Assembly (NCBI RefSeq): GCF_001194135.2
Contig: NC_068989.1
Span: 89,626,859-89,690,858, forward strand
Direction: 5' to 3'
Source: Octopus bimaculoides
Taxonomy: Eukaryota
DNA: 64,000 bases
Part shown: positions 1 to 12,574 of the stretch, piece after piece
Position numbering within the stretch: position 1 is the first letter of the stretch
Layout: every line of letters starts with the position of its first letter
Translations under genes and position numbers: made by a program
The notes under the pieces: model-generated
What the model saw: only the letters and a program-made list of their open reading frames with translations
Database searches by the model: none
Told to the model about the DNA's origin: nothing

Positions 1-25
1 ATATATATATATATATATATATATA
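1..25. repeat. (AT)n microsatellite
   Basis: Direct reading. Confidence 0.95.
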
Positions 26-50
26 ATTAATGAAAAATCTCGATTCTCAC

Positions 51-376
51 CTTATTTTTAAATAAAGTAGACTGGTTTGGAACAGACTGAGATTCTTTTA
101 ACTTGGAATTTTTCTTTGACATTGCTCGACCTGCTTCATCAGATGAAATGTCAGGATTGTGTTCCGAAGGAGCTCTAAGGTTTCGGTTGTTGCTGACTTC
201 TGATGACGGCTGGGGCAAGCACTGGACACCACTGTGATGGCAGTGTTTATCGCAACATGCCTGGGAATTCGTCTGCTTGTCTTCATTGTTCCTTTCCCAA
301 TGGCTTAACAAATGGTTCTTGCTATGAACAAACCATTCTGCCATTCTCGAACCAAAGTCTGTCAATTTTGCTAGAA
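51..376 (-). CDS. Unidentified gene A, coding exon 4 (LAKLTDFGSRMAEWF...STLFKNK); gene continues off the window
   Basis: cag acceptor at 379-377, gtgaga donor at 50-45, 326 nt open, phase 1 in matches exon 3. Confidence 0.75.
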
Positions 377-1270
377 CTGTGTGTGTGAACAAGTGTGATC
401 AAAAAAGAGAAGGAAGAAAGAATTATAAAATAGTAGTTTTGTTAAACAGGAAAGAAAAACAATTCCACCACCCACCGAACAAGAAAGCACTCAAGTGGTC
501 ACTTTATCCGTTCCAATAGTAATCAAACCTTTTCTAAGACAATACCCCACCATCTAAAAAGAGGGAAGGTCACATTACATAATGTAATACTAGATAGCTC
601 TAAAATGATGGTCATTGATGGATCATATGTCTGCTTGATCAGGGTTTACATGGGCTAAACAGGGGCAACCAAGATTCAACTGCAAGTGTCACTGTTGTTA
701 TTAGCTTTAACATGTGACAATGCGTCTTAGCTGCATCAGGTTGTATGGCACCGTCCTCAGCATCAAACTGAAGTTTAAGGTAATGACCACCCTCAATGTA
801 AACATATTAAAAGTGGTTGTTACTACACCACCTTTATATGTATTGAGGGTGGCTGTTACCACACACTTCACTTTATACCCTCATTTTCCTTTTCATGTAA
901 AACTTGAAAAAGTTGACAAAGCCTTGGCCAAAAGAAGAAAATGTTTGTCTTCGTTCCTTTCAGGTTGGTCTGCATTTTTTACCAAGTCAAACAATTCTCT
1001 CCTCTCTCACCTACAGAAACCTTAACATTTCTAGAGATTGGAAGTTTCATTTCTTCATGGCGCTGTTGTAACAACTCTTCTTTCTAGCATGGGCCTTCAC
1101 TAGTGACTTTTTAGACTCACAATTCTGCGTCAATTACACTAGTGATCCACTTAGCACTGTTATGTCAATAGTGCAGAGACAGATGATTCACTGGACAGAC
1201 ACTACTATGCTGACAAGGGAGAGACAGGCGGTTCACTCGGCAGATACCAATATGTTTATAGGGGAAAGCA

Positions 1271-1485
1271 GTGAGCTGGCAGAAACGTCAGCATGTGGGG
1301 CGAAGTGCTGAGTGGCATTTCGTCTGTCTTTACGTTCTGAGTTCAAATTTCGCAGAGGTTGACTTTGCCTTTCTTCCTTTCAGGGTTGATAAATTAAGTA
1401 TCAGTTGCATACTGGGGGTCAATCAAATCGACTACCTCCTCCCCACAAAAAATTTCGGGGCCTTGTGCGTAGAGTAGAAAAGAAT
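1271..1485 (+). mobile_element. tRNA-derived SINE family B (head gagctggcagaa, core tttgcctttcatcctttcggggtcgataaa)
   Basis: Same sequence recurs many times in the window. Confidence 0.85.
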
Positions 1486-1519
1486 ATGTTTATAGAGGCA
1501 CTCGTACCAGTGGGATGTT

Positions 1520-1935
1520 AAAAGTACATCCGAGCGTGATCATTGCAGGGCCACGGATTGGCTCCCGTGCCGGTGACACATGAAAAGCACCAATCGAGCA
1601 TGATCGTTTCCCGTATCGCTTTACTTGCACGTGAAAAACAACATTCGAGTGTGGTCATTGCCAGTGCTGCCGAACTGGCTCCCGTGCAGGTAGCACATAA
1701 AAACACCTTTGAGCGTGGTCGTTGCTAGAACTGCCCGATTGGCCCTCGTGCCGGAGGTACATAAAAGCACCCACCACACTCTCAGAGTGGTTGGCGTTAG
1801 GAAGGGCATGCAGCTGTAGAAACCTTGCCAGATCAGATTGGAGCCTGGTATAGCCTCCCAGCTTACCAGTCCTCAGTCAAACCGTCCAACCCATGCCAGC
1901 ATGGAAAACGGACGTTAAACGATGATAATGATGAT
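1520..1935 (+). mobile_element. RTE LINE 3'-UTR copy with about four internal ~60-bp tandem units and (GAT)n tail
   Basis: Matches the 3' end of the ORF-bearing RTE copy at 60733-61675. Confidence 0.85.
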
Positions 1936-2431
1936 GAGAGACTATTGTTCTACTAAGCAGGCAGTACTGATCCACTAGGAATTATTACTGCAATAGAAAA
2001 CTTTAAAAAACTGGTGATTCACTAGGTAGCTATTATTATTTTTTAAGAGGTAAAACAGTGATAACAATGGATCAGTGGTGAAATACCAAGGGAGACCAAT
2101 ATGTTAATGTAGGAACAAACAGTGGAGTTTTATCAAAAGAGATGGGGGAGAACCACTGCCTAACCAAAAGGGACAGAAGCCATTATTACTTTTGGCTTCA
2201 AATTTTGGCACAAGGCCAGCAACTTCGTGGTGGTGGTGGTGGGGAGTTGATTACTCTGACCCCAGAGCTCAACTTGTACTTATGCTGCCAAGCATTTTGT
2301 CCAGTGTGCTATCAATTCTGCCAGTTTGTTGCCTTAAAAGCTATTATTATATTAAATGGCAATAAACCCCAGGATATTTTGGTTCATATAGTGTTCATGG
2401 ACTATAAAAAAGAAAGAAAGTATAAACTTAC

Positions 2432-2499
2432 AGTTCTTTTCAACTTTCCGTCGCTTGGGGGCAGATGGATATTCTTCAATATCTAATGACTGCAGACGC
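2432..2499 (-). CDS. Gene A coding exon 3 (RLQSLDIEEYPSAPKRRKVEKN), NLS-like PKRRKV
   Basis: Polypyrimidine tract plus tag acceptor, gtaagt donor, phase 2 in and phase 1 out fit both neighbouring exons. Confidence 0.8.
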
Positions 2500-2822
2500 C
2501 TAGAGAGAGAGAGAAAGGATACAGAAATAAACAAACAAACAAACAAATAAATAGATGAACATCATCGTCATCATTTTTACGTTGGTCACTTTTTGCATGC
2601 TGGCATGGGTTAGATGAAACTGCTTGAGAAAGTATTCCATCACTGGATGCACTTGCTGTTTCTAAGCCTTACTTGTTTTCAAGAAAGCTATTTTATTCCA
2701 CTGAAATTTGCTTAACAAATTGTTGAGCTACTGGATTGGTTCCAATAAAAACCCTCCGAGGTGCTGCCCCAGCATGGCCACAGTTCAACGACTGAAACAA
2801 CATAAAAGATAACAGACAAGTC

Positions 2823-5800
2823 CAGGGGTAGGCCACCTTACAATTCATCGCACCTCATTGAACAAATATTTTTTTTGTCATTTTATCCCTAGGCTTAGGT
2901 CGCTAAGTAATTTAATAGAAATATCATTAAAAAAAAATAGAGAGGTGAATAAAAATTGGAATTATGACATTTTCAAATATTTTACTGAAGAACTTTTTTT
3001 AATAAGTAAATGAATAATAATCTTTTTAAAAAAGTCAAGCTTATAAACACCAAGAATATGAAATTTTGAAATATTTCTTTTATGCATGTATTTACTCTTT
3101 ATACAAATTAATGACTTCTTTGAGTTTGTTTTTTTTTGTTTTTGAGAAAGCCTTTTGATATCCGGTTCCAACAGAGTGGTTCTTAGTATCAATTGGTCCT
3201 CTAAACGCTCATCTGTCAACTGTGTTCTCAGTGAATTCTTGATTTGCGTCAAGTACAAGAATGTGGATTCGCAACAGAATGTTGGAGAAAAGCAGGAAAT
3301 CAACTGGCGAGGATGAAGACAAGGATATTCTATCGCCTTGTTCCAAATTTCAATGGGATCATCCCTGTTGTCAAACAGATTTCGGGATATTATCTTCAGA
3401 CATTTCAATAAGCTCCATTTGTAACTCTTCAAGTTTCAGAGTGATGTTATGCTTTTCAAAATCACTGAATCTTTTGTTGTATTCTTCTACTAATGAGTCT
3501 AAAGCTGACTTGTATTCTTCAAAAGATCCAGAGATATCTTCACTTTCACTCATTACCTTCGTAAACTGGGGAAAGTGTTCCTCTGAAAGTTTTGATTTAG
3601 CCAAAAGAGACTTGAAAAACAACAACTTTTTTTTCTAAATGCCTGAATTTTTTGCCACATATCATAAATAGATTTATTTCTGCCTTGCAACGAAATGTTT
3701 CACTCATTTTGTTTTGATATAACATTACATAAAAATGCAACATCTCAGTAAAAGTTTGGATCTGATAAATCGCAATGTTTGTTGTTTCCTTTGAAAAAGT
3801 CAATTATTTGCTTTCATAAAGATACAATTTTGACCAATATTTTCCCTTGTGACACCCAGCGTACTTTTGAGTGATAAGGCAAATCTACACTAATTACTTC
3901 AACCATCAACATGCTTCTAAATTGACGATGTTTTGTGGCATTTGCTTGAACATAATTTACAATACTTATAACCTTATGCATTTAAAATGGCAGATTTTGC
4001 TGATGTAAAATACAATGAAAAGAAATCAGTTCACTTGGATCTTTGGTTTCTCTTGAAAGATGTGCAATAAATCCTTCATTCTTAGCCATCATAGCTGGAG
4101 CACCATCTGTGCACACACTTACCAAATTACTAATATTTAGTCCTACTTTGTGGCATTGCTCTTTGAAGTTGTTAAAAATATCTCTCCCCCTCGTCCTTCC
4201 TTTAAGGGTGCCTAAAGCAAGCAATTCTTCATATAATTGCAAATCATCAGTCATAGCACGCAGGTGGCACATAAAAAAACACCATTTGAGCATGGCTGTT
4301 GCCAGTACCGCTGGACTGGCCCTCATGCCGGTGACACATAAAAAGCACCCACTACACTCTCGGAGTGGTTGGCGTTAGGAAGGGCATCCAGCTGTAGAAA
4401 CTCTGCCAGATCAGATTGGAGTCTGTTGTAGCCATCCGCTTTGCCAGTCCCCAGTCAAATCATCCAACCCATGTTAGCATAGAAAGCGGACTTTAATGAT
4501 GATGATGTGCTGAATCAGTGGAATCTGTCGATTCATCCAAAGCTACTGAATAATATACATTTTCTTTTTGAATTTTATTTTTCAGCTGCTCTCTTACATC
4601 ACATGCCAATACATACTGTCCATCTGTATTAGTTTTTTCTTGAAAGAGGCACCTCCTTATATATGTTAATTTTACCTGGATCTAGACATCTTACCACTTC
4701 TAAAATACATTCCTTTATGAGTTCTGAATCAATGAATGGTTTACCTTTTTTTCCAAGCGAATATATGGAACTTTAAAGCTGGCTTCTGTTGCGCCATTCC
4801 CTTGGTGTAACACAGAATGGAAAAATTGTCTTTGCTTTTGTTTTCCATCTTTCAGTTTCTGCAGTGCTATCTTTTGAGACTCACCCTCTAATTTGGCATA
4901 TTTATTGTCTTTATGAAGAGCAGAATGCTGCTGTGCTTGGAATTTCTGAACCGTTACAATTGCAGTATCACAAGGCATTTTGCCTCCACTATTCACTAAA
5001 AAATATTGTAACTCCCATTCTTCATTGAAGATCCTATTTTCTTCTTTCAAAGTTCATTTCAATTTCTTTGATATACTTATGGGTTAAAAATTGTTTTTAT
5101 TCTGGGATACCGATAAAAAAATAAAAGGATGATAATGAATTAGTAAGGCTGGCCGCACACTGACCCAGAAAAAACGATCTCAGACAAGATACGATAAACC
5201 TGCATCCAAAACCATATTCTTGGTCTTGAATTTGGCAATTGTCACTACCATTTGAGAATAAATATCATCTAGATTCGTAATATTCTTTTCTGTAATTAGT
5301 ACTATTATTTATCATTATCCAATTAATATAGAAATAATGTTAAATATTGACGGTAGCATGACCAAGATTCCAAGAACATAGTTTCAGATGCTGATTGATT
5401 GTGTTTTATCTAAGACCGTGTTATCTGGAACAGCATGCAGTAGGCCTAACAGAGTAGCAATGAATTCGATCATTGTTACTAATTAAGTCTCAGTGATAAA
5501 AAGGAAGTCTGCAAAAGAACGCATGCACTGGTGAATGTATGCTTTCAAATCTCACAAGTCACTATGAACTTAGTCACGACTACAGTTAACTGAGTAGTAC
5601 GTAGCACAGACCACAGCGAGGAGGTAGACAAGACAGGAACTCTACATGTATCATGCATGAGGTCACTCACTCCCACTAGACTGGCGTGACTGACAAGGAA
5701 ATGTTGCCTTTATAGCCATGTTGCTTTAAGTTTATATTCATTAGGTTCATAGAAAAATGCTTCTAATTTCAGGGAGTGACATCACTGAACAGTTATTTTA

Positions 5801-5946
5801 CCTCTCGTCTATATGTGTGTGTGCATTGTAAATTTATGCATAAAGACTATAAACAAAAAAAAATCAAGGTCTTAAAAAACATATATTAACATTTACATCA
5901 AAGGCTGCACTTGTTGACCCAGAAGGCCACAGGTTCCCTATCCCTG
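2823..5946 (-). mobile_element. Decayed hAT DNA transposon (Buster/SPIN/GTF2IRD2-like transposase)
   Basis: TIRs caggggtaggccacct and cagggatagggaacct (13/16), TSD gacaagtc/gactagtc, transposase pieces FNEEWELQYFL, VCTDGAPAM, FHCILHQ, CESTF...LRTQLTDERL. Confidence 0.9.
4250..4505 (+). mobile_element. RTE 3'-tail copy nested in the hAT transposase
   Basis: Tail sequence and (GAT)n end interrupt the transposase frame. Confidence 0.85.
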
Positions 5947-6224
5947 GACTAGTCATATGTGGAACAACTTTGTTCATGTTCCATTCCAGATTCTCTGAAA
6001 ATGGTAGGAAGAAGTTGTTCCCCATCTGGAGAACTGACCCTGATGCTTACAATAAAGAAGGTTCAGTTAGTGTTACCCAAGGGCCTTGTAGAAATGTTAA
6101 ACTAAGATATGGCTTCAGACTGTCATCATGTGGCTAAGCACCAAACTACACGCTTTGAGAAGCAGTGATGAAGAATTGTACAGGGTATAGCAAGACATTC
6201 TTTTATTCTTTTTTTTTTTTGTTT

Positions 6225-6585
6225 CAGTCATTTGGCTGCGGCCATGCTAGAGCACCACCTTTAGTCGAGCAAATCGACCTCAGGACTTATTCTTTGTAAG
6301 CCTAGTACTTATTTCATTGGTCTCTCTTGCCGAACCGCTAAGTTATGGGGATGTAAACACACCAACATCGGTTGTAAGCGATGGTGGAGGGACAAACACA
6401 CACATATACATATATACATACACGACGGGCTTCTTTCAGTTTCCGTCTGCCAAATCCACTCACAAGGCTTTGGTCGGCCTGAGGCTACAGTAGAAGATAC
6501 TTGCCCAAGGTGCCATGCAGTGGGACTGAACCTAGAACCGTGGTTGGTAAGCAAGCTACTTAACACACAGCCACTCCTGCGTCTA
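6225..6585 (-). mobile_element. Near full-length tRNA-derived SINE family A (head ggctgtgtg..taagtagcttgct, internal TA/TG microsatellite)
   Basis: High-copy repeat in the window. Confidence 0.9.
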
Positions 6586-6628
6586 CGCGGACATTCCATA
6601 GACAAACAGAATATGAATGCAACCTTAC

Positions 6629-6830
6629 ATTTTGTTCTCTTGTTCTAAACAAACTGAATTCGTCCCTGATTTTACACCACCACCTGGTTTTGGGGTACCT
6701 TCAACAAAGTCCATTCTATTACAAACACTGGGGCTTCTGGGGGTTAAGTATCTATTTTGAGAACATCTTCCTCTCTCCCTCCTACCAGCTTCAGAAGCCC
6801 AGTAATGGTTCAAGGACATCGCTTTTCCAC
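6629..6830 (-). CDS. Gene A coding exon 2 (GKAMSLNHYWASE...EQENK)
   Basis: cag acceptor in an A-rich context, gtaagg donor, 202 nt open, phases fit exons 1 and 3. Confidence 0.7.
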
Positions 6831-7439
6831 CTGGTTTTTTTTTTTCTTCAAAAACGCTATGATTAAGCTAGTTTTTGTTTATATACACACACACACCTAA
6901 CAATGTGATACTGCTTTGTAACTACTCTACATCGTACGTCATTGCTTCTCAGGCCTTTTTCATACGACTAACTATAGACCGTCATTTCAAGTTATCCGGA
7001 CTTTTGGAATAGAATGGAATTTTCGGGGGTATTGGTGGCGAGGGTTTCGAGATTTTCCGTCATTTTATAGTATTTTACATTGCAAAACACCTGTAATTCG
7101 CCGAGAATTCAGTTTGAAGCTTTGAACAATGATCATAGAATAGAACTTTGAAAACAATTGGATTATTGTTTTCTGCAATAAAAAAGAGCGAATAACAACA
7201 GAATTGAAAGAATGGTAGGTAGAAGTTCGCGATGCTATCGCAAAGGAATATCAGCCAGGAAGAATATATTGTTTGCGAAAAAGTAATATGAAATTGGAAG
7301 CAAAAAATCGAGATATTTCACATGTATTCATACGAATTTGTTTTGTCATTCATTTCATTCTGTAAAGTTAAACGACAACGAAGAAGCGCCAAAACTGTTA
7401 CATGCTAGTCTGTGTGTTTGTGCATGAACAAATGGTGTG

Positions 7440-7493
<54 letters not shown>

Positions 7494-7684
7494 GATATAT
7501 GTTGTGAAACAATATATAACCAAAAACTTATTTGTAAACGATGTTACATTTGTATAACGTCAAAATACAACATACAGTAAGTAGTTAATGTTTTAACGCC
7601 TACGGTGTTTGCAATCTTATTTCTATATTTAATATATTTCTGCTGCGGTATATATTTAAAATGGAGAAAGCTGAGGCGTTTTAC

Positions 7685-7730
7685 CTTTTGCTCTTGCCGC
7701 CATCGAGGGGACAATCTGGTTGTTCACCAT
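7685..7730 (-). CDS. Gene A coding exon 1 (MVNNQIVPSMAARAKG; alternative ATG at 7703)
   Basis: First in-frame ATG after an upstream TAG, gtaaaa donor, phase 1 fits exon 2. Confidence 0.65.
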
Positions 7731-8255
7731 CGGTTTCTCTTGCGACTTCGTCTTCACCCGAAGAGTGCGACACGTAAGTGGCTATTTTCTCAACCAGTGT
7801 ACTAAGCATCAGGGTTAATAGATTTCTTTTTAGATAGTTTTTTTTTCCTGCTGTAGCACTTTTTGCGATAGGAATAGACCGAGTTGGGTAATAAGAGTCC
7901 GTAATATCACTTCTCACCGCTGTCAAGCATCAGAACTTGCCTCCAACAATGGGAACCACTTCCGGCTTGGCCCAGCATTACGCTAAGGGGAGATAACGCG
8001 GTTAGGAAGGGGAACAAATCCATTTGACAAAAATTTCGTTCTTATAACCAAGAGAAGATAACTACAGGACAGAGCCGATTCATTTTTATGTAGGGTTGTA
8101 TTGTTGCTGTTATTAACCTTGTCCAGCTTTCACTGACCCACTCCCTTAACACTCGGTCGGTCGAGTGACCAGGCCAACCCATGAATCCATCTTCTCAGTT
8201 ATACTGTGTCTCTGCAGTGACTGCACTGCACATTCCGATAAGCAGTAATAAATTA

Positions 8256-9030
8256 GGGGCTAATGCAGTTTCGCACCTCTCCTTGAAAAATGCATGTTTT
8301 TTTTTGAGGTGTCGGGATTACGAATATGAAAAAAAAAAAAAAATTAACACCCTCCCCACCACCACCACCACTCCCCATTCCCGTTTAAAATTTTGAACTT
8401 TTTCGAAGACGGTGATTCCGGATATGCAAGAAACCGCGTTTTCAAAATTTTAAATTCAATAAGCATATATAGATAGGTGTATAAAGAGATAGATAAATAT
8501 GTCTTCCTGAGGCTAAATACAACAGTAACACTGTCTTCTATAGGACGACCACATTTAGTTGACAAATATATTTTATAAATAAACGGACAGGGATAAATAG
8601 ATAGACAGACAGACAAATAAATGGATGACAAAGTTCAAAATTCAAAATTGGGGAGGGGTGAAATTTGAACCCCTTATTAAACTTTATAACATTAATTATT
8701 AAACATATTAATGTTTGTTTCCCATAAAATGGTGTATATTTAATTTACATTTAATTACTATTTACGGTTATTTAAGGCAAACACAAGTAAAACGCAAATT
8801 CTTTTCATTTTAATGTTTTTGTCTGTATTTAATTTCGATTTGCATATGTTCGTCAATTCACTACGATCTCTTAAAAGTAAAGAAAATCAAAAATTTTAAT
8901 TGGCGGGGGAGGGGGTGAAATTAATTTTTTGTTCCATATTCGTAATCTCCGACATCAAAAATGTAGGAATCCAAATTTTTTTTTTTTTAAATGCATTTTT
9001 CACGGAGAAGTGCGAAACTGCATTAGCCCC
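8256..9030. mobile_element. 775-bp non-autonomous DNA transposon (MITE), MULE- or Merlin-like
   Basis: 40-bp TIRs (38/40) starting GGGGC, further imperfect subterminal inversion, perfect 8-bp TSD ATAAATTA at 8248-8255 and 9031-9038. Confidence 0.9.
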
Positions 9031-9328
9031 ATAAATTAATTGTATGTGGGGAACTGGACTCGTCAGAGAACTTTGTTCCTCTACATCTCTTATATATGGT
9101 GTCCATCCCGCCCCAGTGCTTGGGACCAGTGAAGCTATTTATGTTCCAGGTATTTACATATTCTAAAATATGCTATTGCAATGGTACCTTAAAATGTTGT
9201 GTATCTCTGGATATTTGTTGGTGATTTTTTCATGTTGTGACAAGAACAGACATTTACTGCAGCAACAAACTGTGCCCTTCACATGTCAAGATGGACTTAT
9301 ATTTTGAAGGGCTTTTTTTCTTCCTTAT

Positions 9329-9660
9329 GTGAAAAATTATTGGAGCTTGGATGGGAAGTGATGCCACATTCACAATATAGCCCTGACTTTGTACCAGCAG
9401 ATTACCATTTATTTCAAAATTTGTAAAATTCTTTGAATGGTAAAACTCAATAATGTTGACCTGAAATTGCACTTGCTTCAGTTTTTGGCTGATAAGGACC
9501 AGAAGTTCTGTGAGCACAGAATCAGGAAATTGCCAGAAAGAAGACAAAAGGTCATCAAACAAAATAGAAAATATATAATTGATTAAAGTTCATTCTTTGT
9601 ATGAAAAAAATTACATTTATTTCACACTAAAAAACTGAAATTACTTTATTGCCAACCCAA
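9329..9660 (+). mobile_element. Mariner transposase C-terminal remnant with 3' TIR
   Basis: KLLELGWEVMPHSQYSPDFVPADYHLF (YSPDLAPSDY motif), KLPERRQKVIKQN, TIR-like ttgggttggcaataaagtaatttc on the reverse strand. Confidence 0.88.
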
Positions 9661-9824
9661 GCTTGAAATTTGGGTTTTTTATATATAAGATTCCTTTTGA
9701 GTTTTATCAAGTGTTGAGAATGAAAAATGTCAGAGAAACAGAAAAGAAAATAGCATACACAGTATGGGAAACTGGGGGAAAATGAGACAGGTAAGCTGAT
9801 ATCTTCTTCCACCAGCTTAAATCA

Positions 9825-10145
9825 TCATCATCATCATCTAACGTCTGCTTTCCATGCTGGTATGGGTTGGATGGTTTGACTGAGGACTGGTGAGCCAGAA
9901 GGCTGCACCAGGCTCAATCTGATTTGCCAGAGTTTCTACAGCTGGATGCCCTTCCTAACGCCAACCACTCCGAGAGTGTAGTGGGTGCTTTTACAAGCCA
10001 CCAACACGAGGGCCAGTCAGGCGGTTCTGGCAATGACCACACTCAAAAGGTGTTTTTTACATGCTACCTGCATGGGAGTCAGTCCGGTGGCACTGGCAAC
10101 GACCATGCGCGAATGTTGTTTTTCATGTGCCACCAGCACATATGC
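9825..10145 (-). mobile_element. RTE 3'-tail copy
   Basis: Shared tail and (CAT)n on +. Confidence 0.85.
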
Positions 10146-10319
10146 TGGGATCAGATGGAATTTGCCAAGGCAGATTTTCAACAGCCAGCTGTCCTTGCCA
10201 ACTTTCACCTATTTCCAAGCAAAATAATAATTCCTCATAGCTAGATATGCCTTTCACAGAAAACTGGAAACCAACATCGTTTGTATGACCATGAAGCTCA
10301 TTTACAAAGATCACAAGGG

Positions 10320-10475
10320 TACAAACCCACACACATGGGCTTCTTTCAGTTTCCATCTACCAAATCACTCACAAAATTTTAGTCGGCCTCGGGCTATAGC
10401 AGAAGACTGTCACAAAGTGGGACTGAACCCAAGACCATACAACTGTGAAGCGAGCTTCTGAACCACTCTGCCACA
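10320..10475 (-). mobile_element. SINE family A, 5' half
   Basis: Similarity to 6225-6585. Confidence 0.75.
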
Positions 10476-11189
10476 CTGGTGCCTATAAATATGCCTTGTT
10501 ATTTAAGACAAACTGAAACGAAAGTTCCTTTCAAAGATAAATATATTCTGTTCGTTGTTGTGCGAGTGGGAAGCAAACTTCTTACCACACATTCATGCCT
10601 GCGTCTATATTTGATTAAGAAAGAAAATGAAAGTGAAAATAGTTTTTTTAATTGACAAAGTGAAAAAATGAAAACAGTTTTCTTCGTATTTTCTTTATTT
10701 ACTCCTTTCAAAAAAAGGAAATCCTACCATAACTTACTTTTCTATAAACTCGGCTTTCTTCATGGTGTCAATTACCTGTCGAGCTAACATAGTTATTTCC
10801 CTTCAATAGCGACCAGCGTCTGCAGGGAACTTTTCTTTTTTTTAAATTTCCGAGAGCGAATTTGTATTAAAAAAAAATTACAGATTAAAAACAACTGAAG
10901 TAATGTAAACATTATCTATCGGTCGCATGTATATGGAGTATGCATTTTGTTTATACAACAAATTTACTACGAGATAGCATCCGGGAAAGCTCGCCACATG
11001 ACGCCAAGTGTTAAAAACAGCCAAATGTCACAGACCAGGCAAGACAACTGGCCTCGGTAACACCGAGAATGGTAGATACCGAAGGATCTATCTTAACATA
11101 TGATCTTGTGGAATTATAGCTTACTACTTTATCCAAAAGTGACGATGTTCAAAACGGAGTTGGATATGGCACAGAGAAAGCTGTCCTCT

Positions 11190-11420
11190 ATATGACTGAC
11201 TTAATCTATGTGCATTGACTGATTTGACATTATATGAATACAGCTCAGATACGGAGGGCCTCTGTCTGACTGATACAGTTGAGAGAAAACTGGCCTCTGT
11301 CTGGCTGACTTGACCATAAATGAGAGAAGCTCACGGATAGATGACCCCTCTGACTGACTTAAACTTACATAAGTGAAGATCAGACATGGATAGCCTCTGT
11401 CTGTCTGACTTAGCATAGAC
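11190..11420. repeat. Degenerate minisatellite with core ctctgtctgactgactt, in the probable intu 3' UTR
   Basis: Core recurs about five times. Confidence 0.6.
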
Positions 11421-11506
11421 ATACTTTCTCATCTCAGCAGTTTTTCATCAACTTAAGGTGTTTCATAAGACAGAAATCTTCACCACTGAGAAACTCACTT
11501 CTAAAA

Positions 11507-11825
11507 TCACTCCATCCAGTTAAGGCCAAATGGAAAACTGAATGCCAGATCTACAAGACTCTGTTCAATCTTGTCCTGAAAACAAATGAGAACTGTTTGT
11601 TGCACATTCCCCTTATCGCGACATATTTGTTTACCAACGACCCAAAAGTCTGTATTTTGAGCTTCCCTCACTTTATGTTCGTTCACAGCCTCTTTTTGTA
11701 GAAGGACACCGTATTCGAGGATTCTTTGACAGCTGGTTCCATGAGGAGTGACCAATCTTGATCTTCGTTTGTTTTTTTCAAACAATTTTGAGTTTTTGAA
11801 ATGTTCCATAATTAAAATGCAGCAC
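11507..11825 (-). CDS. intu: Inturned, last coding exon (end of third longin domain)
   Basis: ttttgttcctttcag acceptor; RCCILIM..EYGVLL..FWVVGK..LICFQD..VDLAFSFPFG parallels the vertebrate INTU C-terminus (HGVLF..YWVVGR..YVCFHD..IEIAFKLFFG). Confidence 0.85.
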
Positions 11826-12262
11826 CTGAAAGGAACAAAATATGAATTAAGTTTAAACCCCCATAAATCAGTAAAAGGTTCTTAGATTAGCATAAAGTTA
11901 TTGTCCCTTTTTACTTGAGCCCCAGGAAACATAGGACCAGTTACCCACAATCACAACACTCCTGCTGAACAGGACACCAGCCCACCACCACCACCACCAC
12001 CACCACCAGAACGTAAAGACAGACAAAATACCGCTAAGCATTTTGCCTGGCGTGCTAACGTTTTTGCCAGCTCACCACCTTAATAATAACAATAATAATA
12101 ATCCTTTTGACTCCAGGCACAAAGCCTGACATTTTAGGGGAGGAACTTCGTTATTACACTGATTCCAATGCTCAACTGCTTTTACTTTATTGACACCCAA
12201 AAGGCTCAATAAAATTTTAAAAAACAACAATAATAATAATAATCTTTTCTATTATAGGCACA

Positions 12263-12570
12263 AGTGGAGGCACATGGCCTAGTGGTTGGAGCAGCGGACT
12301 CATGGCCAAGGGATTGCAGGTTCGAATCTCAGACCGGGTGACGCTTGTGTTCATGAGTGAAACACCTAAGCTTCTCGTGGCTCTGGCAGAAGGTAATGGT
12401 GAACTTCTGCTGACTCTTTTGCCACAACTTTCTTTCACTCTTTCCTCCAGCATCTAGCAGCTCACCTGTGACGGACCAGCGTCTTGTCTAGGTGGGGAAC
12501 CTATATGCCAATGAAACCGGCAAACCTGCCCTTATAAGCCAGGCGTATCCTGAGAAGGAACAACAACAAC
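12263..12570 (+). mobile_element. tRNA-derived SINE family C-like (A box tggcctagtgg, B box ggttcgaatc)
   Basis: tRNA-like head, (CAA)n tail, related heads elsewhere in the window. Confidence 0.7.
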
Positions 12571-12574
12571 AACA

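Noticed and set aside
1011-1083. Candidate extra exon of gene A (KEELLQQRHEE...)
   Set aside because: Good donor but weak acceptor; phase-1 entry creates stop codons, and exon 3 already joins exon 4 in phase
1520-1790. Regularly spaced ~60-bp repeats resembling a CRISPR array
   Set aside because: Degenerate tandem units within an RTE 3' UTR, no unique spacers, no cas genes, eukaryotic context
9254-10790. 102-aa minus ORF and a possible 37-aa spliced micropeptide (10790-10738 joined to 9507)
   Set aside because: The downstream part is the antisense of a mariner remnant; no independent support
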